A stretch of 64,000 nt of DNA from IMG/VR virus record IMGVR_UViG_3300032247_000928, positions 1 to 64,000 of that record; one strand, 5' to 3'. This DNA is from a virus. Taxonomy: Duplodnaviria > Caudoviricetes. The position numbers were made by a program, and so were the translations under genes. The notes under the pieces were generated by a model that searched no databases, was not told the DNA's origin, and worked only from the letters and a program-made list of their open reading frames with translations. Shown piece after piece: positions 63,522 through 64,000 of this stretch. The stretch's first letter is position 1. Each line of letters starts with the position of its first letter.

Positions 63522-64000
63522 ATGAAAATAAAAAAAATACAAGAGATTTTGTTTTATCCAGTAAATGAACAAGCAGCATTGTATATTGATCCTCCATTAC
63601 CATCTTCTAATTTTATTCCAGAGTGGTACAAAAAAATACCTAAATATAAAGATAGATCAAATAAATTTAGAAATTATGGAATAGGTGATAATAATTTAAG
63701 TGTAAAGTCATGTCTTCCTATTGTTGATTCTTTAACTTCTGGATACATGATAAGTTTGCCACACGATATACAAATTTCAAGAGATAATAGTAATTTGGCT
63801 CCAATAATAAACTGGTCTTTTTCTGTTAATGGTTTACCTGATTTTATAAATTCAAGACCAAATAGAGATGATAGTTGTGCCTGGGATAATATTGATGGAT
63901 ATGATGATTTACTATTTAATTGGCTTCCATTTTGGTGTATTAAAACTCCAAAAGGATACAGTTCATTGTTTTCTCATCCAGTAAATAGACCAGATTTACC
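63522..64000 (+). CDS. Degenerate dUTPase-like family protein, paralog 4 (partial)
   Basis: Not in the ORF track. MKIKKIQEILFYP...PEWYKKIP...SVKSCLPIVDSLTSGY...TPKGYSSLFSHPVNRPDLP runs off the right edge; SD AAGGGA. Confidence 0.85.
   Translation, partial: MKIKKIQEILFYPVNEQAALYIDPPLPSSNFIPEWYKKIPKYKDRSNKFRNYGIGDNNLSVKSCLPIVDSLTSGYMISLPHDIQISRDNSNLAPIINWSFSVNGLPDFINSRPNRDDSCAWDNIDGYDDLLFNWLPFWCIKTPKGYSSLFSHPVNRPDL

Noticed and set aside
1-64000. Stop-codon reassignment
   Set aside because: Core genes are full length in the standard code, and TAA, TAG and TGA all occur as gene ends with tight gene packing.
1-64000. tRNA genes, integrase/att site, transposases
   Set aside because: Intergenic gaps are short and accounted for by promoters, terminators or the small RNA; no cloverleaf or recombinase motifs were recognised.

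Overview
This is a 64-kb segment of a large, AT-rich, long-tailed (siphovirus-type) dsDNA bacteriophage genome. The host is inferred to be a freshwater Actinomycetota, from the DnaE-based replisome, the RecA, the leaderless genes, a PASTA-like domain and an exported surface-protein homolog. Almost every gene is on the minus strand. In transcription order (right to left) the window holds: a fibre/collar-like structural cluster (62.1-50.9 kb); class II ribonucleotide reductase; portal, protease-scaffold and HK97-fold major capsid; neck genes, major tail, two tail chaperones, a 1837-aa tape measure and tail-tip/fibre genes (48.6-23.4 kb); an accessory glycosyltransferase block (23.4-21.0 kb); replication (DnaB, DnaG, SSB, DnaE, MazG) and recombination genes (RecA, Cas4-like nuclease, two resolvase-like proteins); a flavin-dependent halogenase; terminase; and a cell-surface cassette (S-layer-like protein, RmlB, partial NIDO-like exported protein). 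No tRNA, CRISPR array, integrase, intein or transposase was seen. The most unusual observations are: (1) a tail-associated protein ending in 11 tandem PP[V/T/S/A]YYA units plus a six-Cys tail, encoded just upstream of a GT60-like (hydroxyproline-GlcNAc-type) glycosyltransferase, suggesting a virion-fibre modification system; (2) a free-standing 85-aa copy of the major capsid N-terminal arm; (3) a self-contained ~59-nt small RNA with its own promoter, 15-bp stem, C-rich loop and U-tract; (4) tail chaperones G and GT apparently encoded as two duplicated genes rather than by frameshifting; (5) four paralogs of a degenerate dUTPase-like family. All family assignments come from motifs read by eye; no database search was run.
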